Position numbers and translations under genes: made by a program
Shown here: positions 1 to 7,742 of the stretch, one piece after another
How the letters are laid out: every line of letters begins with the position of its first letter
How positions within the stretch are numbered: position 1 is the first letter of the stretch
Source of the DNA: Myxococcota bacterium
GTDB taxonomy: Bacteria > Myxococcota > XYA12-FULL-58-9 > JABJBS01
DNA: 19,436 nucleotides
Direction of reading: 5' to 3'
NCBI GenBank assembly: GCA_036339465.1
Contig: JAYZAY010000006.1
Location: 1-19,436 of the forward strand
The notes under the pieces: model-generated
The model's input: only the letters and a program-made list of their open reading frames with translations
What the model was told of the DNA's origin: nothing
Databases searched by the model: none

Positions 1-888
1 ATGGACCTTAAGCTCATAGATCCCGCCATCCTTTGTAAAGCCGAAGAGAAACCCCCAAGCCGATGTCAATCCAAAAATATTGGGTGCAGGTCCCTCACAG
101 ACGGTCGTCGCATTTAATCCGCTCTCGGTGTCAATGGCTACTAAGAGATCGTTAAGTTCCGGGCGTTTGGAGGTCATAAAGAGCTGCTCACTTTTATTGA
201 CCACACAATCTCCACTCGAGTTATACGCTTGAGCGTCGCCATCAACCCCTAGGGCACCAAGCTCCACAAGAACCGCGTCTTCCAGCCCAATTTGATAAAC
301 ATGATTGCCCGACGTAATAAACGCGTTACCACTTGAATCGATAGCGAAGCCATTGGGTTGCCCATCTGTATTCCCAAAATCTCCAACCTCATCCCATGAG
401 CCGCTACCTGGAACCAATCGATGGAGCGTGCCACTGGAGACGCCGTAGAGAGTTCCATCAATCGACGTATCAAAATCCACGATACGGGGTGCATCGGCAA
501 CCACCTCTGTCACCGTGCCTTCAAAGGGATCAACTTTATAAATGGTGTCACTGGTATGTGCATAGACCCAACATTCCAAACCGTTGTGCTTCGAGCCATC
601 ACAATCAGAATCGATAAAATCACATTTCTCCAGGGCCACAGGCGAAATATCCGCCAATGTGTCATCACAATCCTTCCCACCACATTCTGCGGAATCGGCA
701 TCATATCCATCCCGATCTGCGTCACAAGGATTCAAGTCCGACGCTCTTTGCTCATCGAGATTGGTGACGACCCCACCATTTTCAGGGGTCGACGGCCCTC
801 GCACTGTATTGGTTGAACGGTTTGCACACGCCCCTAGACTCCCCACCCCCACTAGAACCACGGCCCATCTAAGATAATCTTTCATCAT
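1..888 (-). CDS. Lipoprotein with MopE-related Cys/Asp metal-binding motif and probable beta-propeller domain (3'-truncated by the window edge)
   Basis: Translated by hand because it is absent from the ORF track (no stop in window). Open frame from ATG 888 to base 1 (296 codons), SD-like AGGACAGGGAG upstream. MMKDYLRWAVVLVGVGSLGA|C is a lipobox (Cys21). Contains CDADRDGYD..CGGKDCDDTLADISPVALEKCDFIDSDCDG (595-726), then blade-like segments (VYAHTSDTIYKVDP, DFDTSIDGTLYGVS, NGFAIDSSGNAFITS, IFGLTSAWGFLFGFT). Confidence 0.85.
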   Translation of the reverse strand, partial: MMKDYLRWAVVLVGVGSLGACANRSTNTVRGPSTPENGGVVTNLDEQRASDLNPCDADRDGYDADSAECGGKDCDDTLADISPVALEKCDFIDSDCDGSKHNGLECWVYAHTSDTIYKVDPFEGTVTEVVADAPRIVDFDTSIDGTLYGVSSGTLHRLVPGSGSWDEVGDFGNTDGQPNGFAIDSSGNAFITSGNHVYQIGLEDAVLVELGALGVDGDAQAYNSSGDCVVNKSEQLFMTSKRPELNDLLVAIDTESGLNATTVCEGPAPNIFGLTSAWGFLFGFTKDGGIYELKVH

Positions 889-1022
889 ACTCCCTGTCCT
901 CTGGTCTAGAATGTTACTTCCAAACCCAAACCTGCCAAGCTCCGTCAATAAATCCCCCACGAGAAACCTTTAATCCCAGAAGCAGTGGATTAGGAGAGCA
1001 GGATTCTCTATAACCTTCAGTC

Positions 1023-1553
1023 GTGAATATGCAATCGACGAAATCAAGTGTCTCTTACCTTTTCATGGCCATTCTTTGCTTTGGGGGCTGTCGTCCCGAG
1101 GGTAGCCTTCGGGCGTCCCCCGGCAGTGAGAGCACGCGCGGAATCAAAAGCAGTGAAACTCAAGCCCAAAACCTGGAGTCTTCAACAGACAGCACCCTGA
1201 ATTCAACAAGTGCAACCAGCAATATCAATGATTACGTTCAACAAATTAAACGGTGTTACCAAGATATTCTGAATCGAGGGCAGCAGCTCAAGGGACGTGT
1301 ACTCGTAAAATTGTCGGTAAAAGGTGATGGAACAGTGGAGAAAATTGCACTCGAACGAGACGGGATGGATTCACTTAGGTTCAACTACTGTGTCATTCAT
1401 GGCTTGGAAGACCTTGCTTTTACCCCGCCCCCCCGCGAAGACATCACCATCGAAATTCCCCTAGACCTAAGCCCGGTCAACGCGCCACCGACAAAAGAAA
1501 AAAACGAGACTAAAGCTAAAATCGAAACATCCCCATCCAGCGATTCTCCCTGA
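1023..1553 (+). CDS. AgmX/PglI C-terminal (TonB-C-like) domain protein, probable lipoprotein
   Basis: Signal ending LCFGG|C, Ser/Thr-rich linker, then IKRCYQDILNRGQQLKGRVLVKLSVKGDGTVEK...FNYCVIHGLEDLAFTPP..ITIEIPLDL, the typical pattern with a conserved Cys pair. Start is GTG 1023 or ATG 1029. Confidence 0.8.
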   Translation: MNMQSTKSSVSYLFMAILCFGGCRPEGSLRASPGSESTRGIKSSETQAQNLESSTDSTLNSTSATSNINDYVQQIKRCYQDILNRGQQLKGRVLVKLSVKGDGTVEKIALERDGMDSLRFNYCVIHGLEDLAFTPPPREDITIEIPLDLSPVNAPPTKEKNETKAKIETSPSSDSP

Positions 1554-1654
1554 TTCAATCCTCCATGGACAACAAAATAGCTCCGGACACCTCACAGTCA
1601 AGTGAGCTCATCGTTGGTCGCGTGGGAGGATTTCGACAGGATAAGGTACCCGAT

Positions 1655-1701
1655 AAGAAGAAGACCGCTCGCATCCCTCTGCACCACAAGTGAGAGCGGT
1701 C
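1655..1701 (-). terminator. Possible intrinsic terminator of the 74-aa ORF
   Basis: Inverted repeat GACCGCTC (1663-1670) / GAGCGGTC (1694-1701), followed on the minus strand by TTCTTCTT, about 20 nt after the stop at 1722. The loop is long (23 nt). Confidence 0.4.
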
Positions 1702-1721
1702 GAAATGACACAGCTGACGTA

Positions 1722-1946
1722 CTAGTTGCACTCACTCATCACAAGTACATCCACCTTTCGATAGAGGTCTTCGAGGGTTGTTTCAATTTCATCCAAGATG
1801 GGCTCAATCTCCGAATCCCCGAGGTCCATATAATCAACATATTCCGACTCATAAGCTTGTATCAATCGATACAAATAGTCTCTACTTGAATCTCGACTTG
1901 AATTCTTTAGATATGCACTGTGCCTACCATTTGTGCGTTCACCCAT
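1722..1946 (-). CDS. Small hypothetical protein (74 aa, acidic helical C-terminal half)
   Basis: ATG preceded by AAGGGGGGA, helical-looking YLYRLIQAYESEY...IEPILDEIETTLEDLYRKV, downstream hairpin, no overlap with credible genes. Confidence 0.55.
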   Translation of the reverse strand: MGERTNGRHSAYLKNSSRDSSRDYLYRLIQAYESEYVDYMDLGDSEIEPILDEIETTLEDLYRKVDVLVMSECN

Positions 1947-2130
1947 CTAGTCCCCCCCTTTTGGATGTGCCTATCCCCAACAATACTTCAACCCAAAAAT
2001 TGACCGAAAACAACCAATAAAATGAAGATTTTTCTAGGTAACGGTAAAAGCTAAACATAACTCATTGCAGCAAGCTCTACCTGAACTTACTGAGAGCGAT
2101 ATCTTATCCTGAAGAAGCTCGAATGTAGAT

Positions 2131-2364
2131 TCATTCCGAAGGGAACCAGCCACTTTTGCGCATCGCGTCAACAAGGGAGTTGAGCGTCAATATTGAATTC
2201 TGTAACGACTTTTGCCTGGGCTCGACCGGAAAACAGTCCTTGTTGTTCCTCACCCAAGACAAGTTTAATCCGGCGATTTCTTGCATTACCAATTCGGAAT
2301 ATACCGAACCACAACAAGCGTCATCGGTATTCAGAGTCCCTGGAATCGAAGATTTCTTTTTCAC
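2131..2364 (-). CDS. Small hypothetical protein (77 aa)
   Basis: Near-perfect SD AAGGAGGT 4 nt before GTG 2364 (better than the track's 2370 start). Lys-rich start MKKKSS, ends MRKSGWFPSE. No family recognised. Confidence 0.55.
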   Translation of the reverse strand: MKKKSSIPGTLNTDDACCGSVYSELVMQEIAGLNLSWVRNNKDCFPVEPRQKSLQNSILTLNSLVDAMRKSGWFPSE

Positions 2365-2514
2365 GGGCACCTCCTTCTAAAATAGAATATCGGTGCTTCA
2401 AAACAAAAACTTTAGTTGATTTGTGCCTAGAAAAATCACCCCTAATGCATCTGAAACAGCCCGCTTGGGAGGTTCGACAAAACGAGCCATAAACAAGCCA
2501 ACCTGGCCGTTGAT

Positions 2515-3519
2515 CTAATGCTCTGCCAAAGCCATAATGCCCGTGCCAACAGATTTATCCCCGCGCTTCCAATTGACCCTAAATATATTGGTCACAGGAT
2601 TTCCCACCCAGGGTTTCACCATCAAGCCGAGAAGACCATAGGCCTCGACCGGAGCATCACGAAATAAATGTTTGTCACGGGTAATGTGTAGGCGCCCCAC
2701 AAGCCCCTTCCCGTTAACCCAAATTTCGGAAAAATTGCCGGCTTCCCCCATGACATCAACCTTCGCGTCATAAATGGGGGTCGCACTCCCGTTTTTGAAA
2801 TCCCAAAGCCAACCCACAGCAGATGCGTTGTCATCCAATAATCGCAACTTCAGTCCCCAGTGTGCGTCACCAGAAAGCACCAGCAACCGCAGCCACCCAG
2901 CTGCGATATCACGCGGCATGGTGGTTGAGCGAGAATGGTCCAAGTGTAAAAAACCTTCATATGAACGCGCTGTGCCTTTCACCGGCTTGAAGGTCACCGT
3001 AGCCTTCGCCCGAAGCACCATCGGTACATATTCAAAAAACTTATCGCCGTGGGCCAAAAGGCTATCGGGAACTCTTAATTTCTTAATCTTGGTATTTTTT
3101 GCGCGCACCGTAAGTTGATTTCCATCCACCACCGCCTTGGCAAATACATGGCCATCCTCTTGCTTCAACACACATTTATCAATGGCCAAGAGTGCGCCCT
3201 TTTCAGTCTTCGCGAAACGCCACTCAGCCCTTGAGACATTCACACCTCCTGCCACCATGGGCCCCTTTCTAGGGATCCACAATAGTCGACAAACGCCATG
3301 CCCATCGCCAATTCCCACATTGCTAATAATGAAATGTATCGCGTAATAACCCTTATCACCGGCATCAACCATGACATGCCAGTTTTCAGCATAGGTTTCT
3401 GCCTCCAGGAGTCGAGGCTTCAGAGGACTTAGAGGATTCGCAAATACTGAGCCATAACCCAATAATAGGCTAAGAAAAACCAAGATTGATTGAACGCGAA
3501 CAAGTAACCCCTGGACCAT
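2515..3519 (-). CDS. Secreted AttH/Svf1-like lipocalin-fold protein
   Basis: Signal peptide ending SVFA|N. Motifs YAENWHVMV..YYAIHFIISNVG and GFLHLDHSRSTTMPRDIAAGWLRL resemble the Svf1/AttH/CrtC tandem beta-barrel family. SD AGGTGAG before ATG 3519. Confidence 0.6.
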   Translation of the reverse strand: MVQGLLVRVQSILVFLSLLLGYGSVFANPLSPLKPRLLEAETYAENWHVMVDAGDKGYYAIHFIISNVGIGDGHGVCRLLWIPRKGPMVAGGVNVSRAEWRFAKTEKGALLAIDKCVLKQEDGHVFAKAVVDGNQLTVRAKNTKIKKLRVPDSLLAHGDKFFEYVPMVLRAKATVTFKPVKGTARSYEGFLHLDHSRSTTMPRDIAAGWLRLLVLSGDAHWGLKLRLLDDNASAVGWLWDFKNGSATPIYDAKVDVMGEAGNFSEIWVNGKGLVGRLHITRDKHLFRDAPVEAYGLLGLMVKPWVGNPVTNIFRVNWKRGDKSVGTGIMALAEH

Positions 3520-3752
3520 TGAACTCACCTATACGGTTGGAAATAAAATGAGTGTGCCCGAAAAGACCCACCAAGGCAAAAGAAGCCAGTGGAGAAAAGC
3601 GGTTTAAAACAACATCCCCTAAACTACAGGTTCTCTCCCACAACCCCTACGCCAAAGGCGTTCAAAAACCGCCGAGTTGTGCAACAGTCATATGGATATA
3701 CACCCATATGAGACCTCCCAACCACAACTGTAACTAAGATGAAATCGGATAA

Positions 3753-4643
3753 TTAGCTTTGACAACTTGGGTCACAAGTACACTGAAAGTCCTCGCAATC
3801 AGTAAAGCCGTTCCCATCATTGTCTTCACCATCGGTGCATTGTCCTGCTTCTGCAGTATCACAAACGGTAACATCGCAACCTTTAAGACAGCTAAAGTCC
3901 TTACAATCGGTATAACTGTTCTCATCGTTGTCCTTGCCATCTGAGCAAAGGGCATCGGTATTTTCCCGGGGCGCGAGAACATCGTTACAATCAAAATCGT
4001 CAGCATCAATGTGGCCGTCGCCATCATTGTCGATACTGTCAGAACACGCGACTTCACTCGCTTCACAGTTTGAGGCATTCCGACAATCTTTGTCTTCGCA
4101 ATCCACATACGGATCGTTATCATTATCTTTGCCATCTGCGCATTCAGTTTCGCCCGTATTACAACCTTCAATTTCAGCGACAAAAGAAGCACAGTCGCGA
4201 TCCTGACAATCGACATACCCATCACCATCGTTGTCTTGCCCATCGCTACAAGTCCCTAAGGAACCCTCACAAAGTGGAGAATCACTGCAATCCCTGTCTT
4301 GACAGTCAACATAGGGATCGTTGTCGTTATCCTTGCCATCTGCACATTCGCTCTCTCCGGTATCACACGCGTCGATTTCCTTTAGAAACTTCTTACAACC
4401 AAAATCGAGACAATCAATATACCCATTGTTGTCGTTATCGTTACCATCCTGACAAAGCTCTAGGGTATCTTCCGTAACACTCGTGCCTCCCGTGAAACTC
4501 GTCCCGGAACCACCACCGGAACCACCTGTCCCGGTGGTTACCGCCGGAGAAGTTCCACCAGAGGTATTCGCATTTTTATTATCCACAACTTTACAGGCGG
4601 CCAGAGACAAAAGGAGACAGCAATACGCAGCAGTTCGTAACAT
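3753..4643 (-). CDS. Cys/Asp-rich tandem-repeat lipoprotein (putative Ca2+-binding surface protein), 296 aa
   Basis: True start is probably ATG 4643 (GAGG SD). MLRTAAYCCLLLSLAA|C lipobox, Gly/Ser/Thr linker, then seven CxDGxDNDxxxxxDCxDxxC-type repeats. Confidence 0.85.
   Translation of the reverse strand: MLRTAAYCCLLLSLAACKVVDNKNANTSGGTSPAVTTGTGGSGGGSGTSFTGGTSVTEDTLELCQDGNDNDNNGYIDCLDFGCKKFLKEIDACDTGESECADGKDNDNDPYVDCQDRDCSDSPLCEGSLGTCSDGQDNDGDGYVDCQDRDCASFVAEIEGCNTGETECADGKDNDNDPYVDCEDKDCRNASNCEASEVACSDSIDNDGDGHIDADDFDCNDVLAPRENTDALCSDGKDNDENSYTDCKDFSCLKGCDVTVCDTAEAGQCTDGEDNDGNGFTDCEDFQCTCDPSCQS
3760..4454 (-). repeat. Seven intragenic Cys/Asp repeats including a 204-nt-period duplication
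   Basis: CQDGNDNDNNGYIDCLDFGC, CADGKDNDNDPYVDCQDRDC, CSDGQDNDGDGYVDCQDRDC, CADGKDNDNDPYVDCEDKDC, CSDSIDNDGDGHIDADDFDC, CSDGKDNDENSYTDCKDFSC, CTDGEDNDGNGFTDCEDFQC. Segments 4062-4175 and 4266-4379 are clear DNA-level paralogs. Confidence 0.9.
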
Positions 4644-4874
4644 TTTTTCCTCACTCACTTGAATGGGTTGAACAGTTGATTGGATTAGGTAGCACCAACC
4701 AGAGAGAGGCACCTTAAATCCGGACCGACGCAAACGAGCGCCGCAGCCCCCCATACCTGCGCGTGCTCCGCAAGTACATCTAAAAAGCGGTTGCCTCACA
4801 GATAAATAGCCAATTTATGTTCGTTTTTTCTATTACCAACACGGACTTAGAAAGAAAATAGCGGAAACACGCAG

Positions 4875-6578
4875 TTAGTCGGTTCGGTCCCTCTTTGTGA
4901 CAACCTCAGTGGGCTCGAGAAGCCATTCGAATTGGTCCAGGAGAACGGTTGAATCAAGCCAACCATCCCCGGTATCCCAAACCAAGAAGCTTAAACGAAT
5001 AATTTCACCAGGAATCACTGGAGCTTGGGTCGTGAGCCAAGCCGTCGCGCCGCCGAGTTCTGTGGTCGGTGTAAATGCTTCCAACCCCTCCACTCCATCG
5101 GGGCAAGCCCCGTATTCACCCTCGCAAAGTCCATTCTCCTGGTTGCAAGAAAGAGAATCCACACAACCGTCTTCATCACTGTCTGTCCCTAACGGAGCGT
5201 TCACTCCAAATTCCTGCTGGGTCGGCGTCTGGCAGGCTTGAGGTTCGCAGGTTGTAAAAAACGCGTTGTTCACCGAAACGGGATTGCCCCCCGAGTCAAA
5301 GGCGATGTTCATATCGTTGGGAACATCGGGATGCTCACTTCTAAGTAATGCGAGGAAAAAGTCATTGTATTCACTGCAAAGGTAGAGCGGGTACTCATAG
5401 GAGAAAAACCGAAACTTAAATTGAATACCGTTCGCATTGGTGGGCACCCTCAAATCAAGGTCGAGCCTAACCGAATCGAAGACCCGTGATGAGCTAGTGG
5501 GACATCCCTCCCTGGATTGTAACGTACCGTTGTGGGCATTCAAAAAAGCTTCGGGGGCACTCACCGAAGGAGTCCGACTTTCCCAATTGATGGTTGGTAT
5601 CCAACCGTCATCTTCAATACCCAACGCTTGCCCCGACGATAGAACGGCCATGGCACCACCTGAAGGTGCATTCAACAGCCCACCAAACTGCTCCACAACT
5701 GAGACCTGAGGCTCCGATGGTTCCCCCAACCCATCGGCTCGGGCCAATCGAGCATCTAATAAACCCCAGTTGCGCTCCCCCCAATTCGAATGCTCACAAA
5801 TTCCCAATGCTTGAACCAAACCCAATGCTGGCGCACCGCCAAACGACTCAGAAACAGAACACTCAGTTATCTGGGGTTCATCGATGATTCCATTACAATT
5901 GTCATCAACTCGGTTGCCCTCAAACTCCAGGGCCCCCGGATTAACCTTGCTCGGATCAACACCACAAAAATCGCGCCCGGAATCACAACAATCCCCCTGG
6001 CAAATGGTGAACCCATCGTTATCTTCGTCGGAATCTTCGTCAGTCAGCCCATCGCAATCATTGTCCCACCCGTCCAAAGAACAGTGTTCGCGTTCTGGCG
6101 TAATTTGCCCATCACAAGAGCCCCACCCATAAGTCGTACAAACTTGAGTACCACCGCTACAACGACCAACACCTTCAGTCCCCGCCGGACCGAAATAACA
6201 AGAACGCGTCGTACCCAATTCGCACTCGCAGGAACCTGCTCTCTCACAACCATTCTCTGGCTCACCATCGCAATCGGAAAAACCATGCAAACAAACACAA
6301 GTATCGCTGAGTCCCCTGACCTGATTCTCCCCACAATTGGAAGCACAAACACCCTGGTCGTCGGTATCAGCGGTTGCAGTATTGGAGCCACTCGACTCAA
6401 TTCCATCTTCGTCTACGTGATCATGGTATCCATGGGGATTATCCACCGTAGCAACCACCTCACCATCGGGTGCCTCGGGTGTTCCGCGCGGCTGTTCAAA
6501 GTAGTCGCGCTCCATAAAAGAGCCACAACCGAAAGCGAAAAGAAATAGAACAGTGACTAATAAAATTCGAAAAACCAT
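4875..6578 (-). CDS. Cys-rich lipoprotein with MopE-related motif(s) and C-terminal choice-of-anchor L-like domain
   Basis: Lipobox FAFG|C. Myxobacterial-type Cys motifs (GFSDCDGEPENGCE, CYFGPAGTEGVGRC). MopE-type DEDNDGFTICQGDCCD..VNPGALEFEGNRVDDNCNGIIDE. Choice-of-anchor L signature FDSVRLDLDLRVP..IQFKFRFFSYEYPLYLCSEYNDFFLAL...VWDTGDGWLDSTVLLD. Confidence 0.8.
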   Translation of the reverse strand: MVFRILLVTVLFLFAFGCGSFMERDYFEQPRGTPEAPDGEVVATVDNPHGYHDHVDEDGIESSGSNTATADTDDQGVCASNCGENQVRGLSDTCVCLHGFSDCDGEPENGCERAGSCECELGTTRSCYFGPAGTEGVGRCSGGTQVCTTYGWGSCDGQITPEREHCSLDGWDNDCDGLTDEDSDEDNDGFTICQGDCCDSGRDFCGVDPSKVNPGALEFEGNRVDDNCNGIIDEPQITECSVSESFGGAPALGLVQALGICEHSNWGERNWGLLDARLARADGLGEPSEPQVSVVEQFGGLLNAPSGGAMAVLSSGQALGIEDDGWIPTINWESRTPSVSAPEAFLNAHNGTLQSREGCPTSSSRVFDSVRLDLDLRVPTNANGIQFKFRFFSYEYPLYLCSEYNDFFLALLRSEHPDVPNDMNIAFDSGGNPVSVNNAFFTTCEPQACQTPTQQEFGVNAPLGTDSDEDGCVDSLSCNQENGLCEGEYGACPDGVEGLEAFTPTTELGGATAWLTTQAPVIPGEIIRLSFLVWDTGDGWLDSTVLLDQFEWLLEPTEVVTKRDRTD

Positions 6579-7065
6579 CAAACCTTCGCCCTGAAAGCAG
6601 TTTTTCCACCTCCAAAATTAGAACATCTGTATCCACATGCCGCCACCTTAATTTCCTAAAAAATGAACATTACCAATAACTTACATGGCAACACATGTCA
6701 TACAAACACCTATTATGCCTACTTCCTTTATCGAATTATATTCGCCACATCCCGGGGGAACTCCGTCCCTAATTCGAAAAATTCATCTGGCAGAGCGATA
6801 AACGTACCCAGTCTATGGAAAGTTGGACTCCAAAATAAAAGTACCTCTTGCTCCTAATCATCCCCAACCAAAGCTCGGCCTCAGCGCCAAGAAATCACCC
6901 TATGTTCCTTGAAAACGTGGAACCGTATCGCACTCCCCGCGCCTCTAAAAAGAGTATCGAAGCTATTCAGGGCACCAATCGACGATTGCTAAAACTGAAT
7001 TTCTCTCATCATAAGGATGCCCCCCCACAAATAAATTTATCGATGATCGACAATTGAAATCCCTC

Positions 7066-7134
7066 AAAAAACCAAGCTTAACTATCCGAGCCATGGGTGC
7101 TCAACACAGAGCCGCATACCCATTCGAATCTTGG
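7066..7134 (-). terminator. Possible terminator or structured element downstream of the cupredoxin gene
   Basis: Nested inverted repeats CCAAG/CTTGG (7072-7076/7130-7134), ATGGGT/ACCCAT and GCTC/GAGC, followed on the minus strand by T6. Confidence 0.35.
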
Positions 7135-7282
7135 ATTGGCACCTACAAAGACAGAGACACCAAGACCAAAAAACTTGCTACGACAACTAAGCCAACTCTA
7201 TGTTGACGATCAATGGGGCTACGAAAAGCGAAAAGACCAGACTCTCCTTCGTTTAATCCAGTGAAAGAAATTCCTCTTTTGT

Positions 7283-7717
7283 CTACGGCACAACCTCAAT
7301 GCTCGCGGCCATTCCTGTTCCATCATTCTTGCCGTGAATCTTACAATAAAGATTGTAGTGGCCAGTTGTCCTAAGGGTCACTGTCACCGACTCGAAAAGT
7401 TCATCCTCAAATACATCTTCAACCTGACACGCTGGCGCCAAGGGATGAACAAAGCTTGCACCGATCTGAATCGATTGTCCCGATTTAATGCGGACACACG
7501 CTGGACTGTATTTAGACCCCGCTGCCATAATCGACCGCTTCGCGGTTGGCGCAGTCAGATCGATATATGAAGTGCATAGCGCAAAATCCGCTTTGCATTG
7601 GTTTTTTTCCTGCCCCCCCACTTCCATTTTCTTGGGTGGCAATTCACCGTCGACGCCGCACCCAACGAGGCTACAAAGCACAAGAACAAGACAATCTCGT
7701 CTGTTGTTTCTCACCAT
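7283..7717 (-). CDS. Blue (type 1) copper cupredoxin lipoprotein, plastocyanin/azurin-like, 144 aa
   Basis: Start ATG 7717 with SD AAGGAAGGTG. Lipobox SLVG|C. Cupredoxin pattern YSPACVRIKSGQSI, upstream His (VHPL) and C-terminal YCKIHGKNDGTGM (Cys, His, Met ligands). Confidence 0.85.
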   Translation of the reverse strand: MVRNNRRDCLVLVLCSLVGCGVDGELPPKKMEVGGQEKNQCKADFALCTSYIDLTAPTAKRSIMAAGSKYSPACVRIKSGQSIQIGASFVHPLAPACQVEDVFEDELFESVTVTLRTTGHYNLYCKIHGKNDGTGMAASIEVVP

Positions 7718-7742
7718 TTTCGATTCACCTTCCTTGAATGTT

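Noticed and set aside
249..877. Five short track ORFs on both strands
   Set aside because: All overlap the 1-888 minus-strand lipoprotein frame, which has a lipobox, SD and recognisable motifs.
2410..2430. Sigma54 promoter (GGCAC) upstream of the 77-aa ORF
   Set aside because: No TTGC at the -12 position.
3688..3711. Hairpin TCATATGG-N8-CCATATGA after the repeat gene
   Set aside because: AT-rich stem with no U-tract; too weak to call as a terminator or operator.
3760..4454. Regularly spaced repeats as a CRISPR array
   Set aside because: Repeats are degenerate, in frame and vary at third codon positions; no cas genes are present.
4644..4799. 52-aa N-terminal extension of the repeat protein in the ORF track
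   Set aside because: The SD and signal peptide begin at ATG 4643; the extension would bury the signal.
4700..4800. c-di-GMP-I riboswitch-like words (GACGCAAA, GCGGTTGCC)
   Set aside because: They are on the strand opposite to the downstream gene, and the GGCAAA/GNRA-loop P2 architecture is absent.
5790..6548. 252-aa plus-strand ORF
   Set aside because: Antisense shadow of the Cys-rich lipoprotein, with no motifs.
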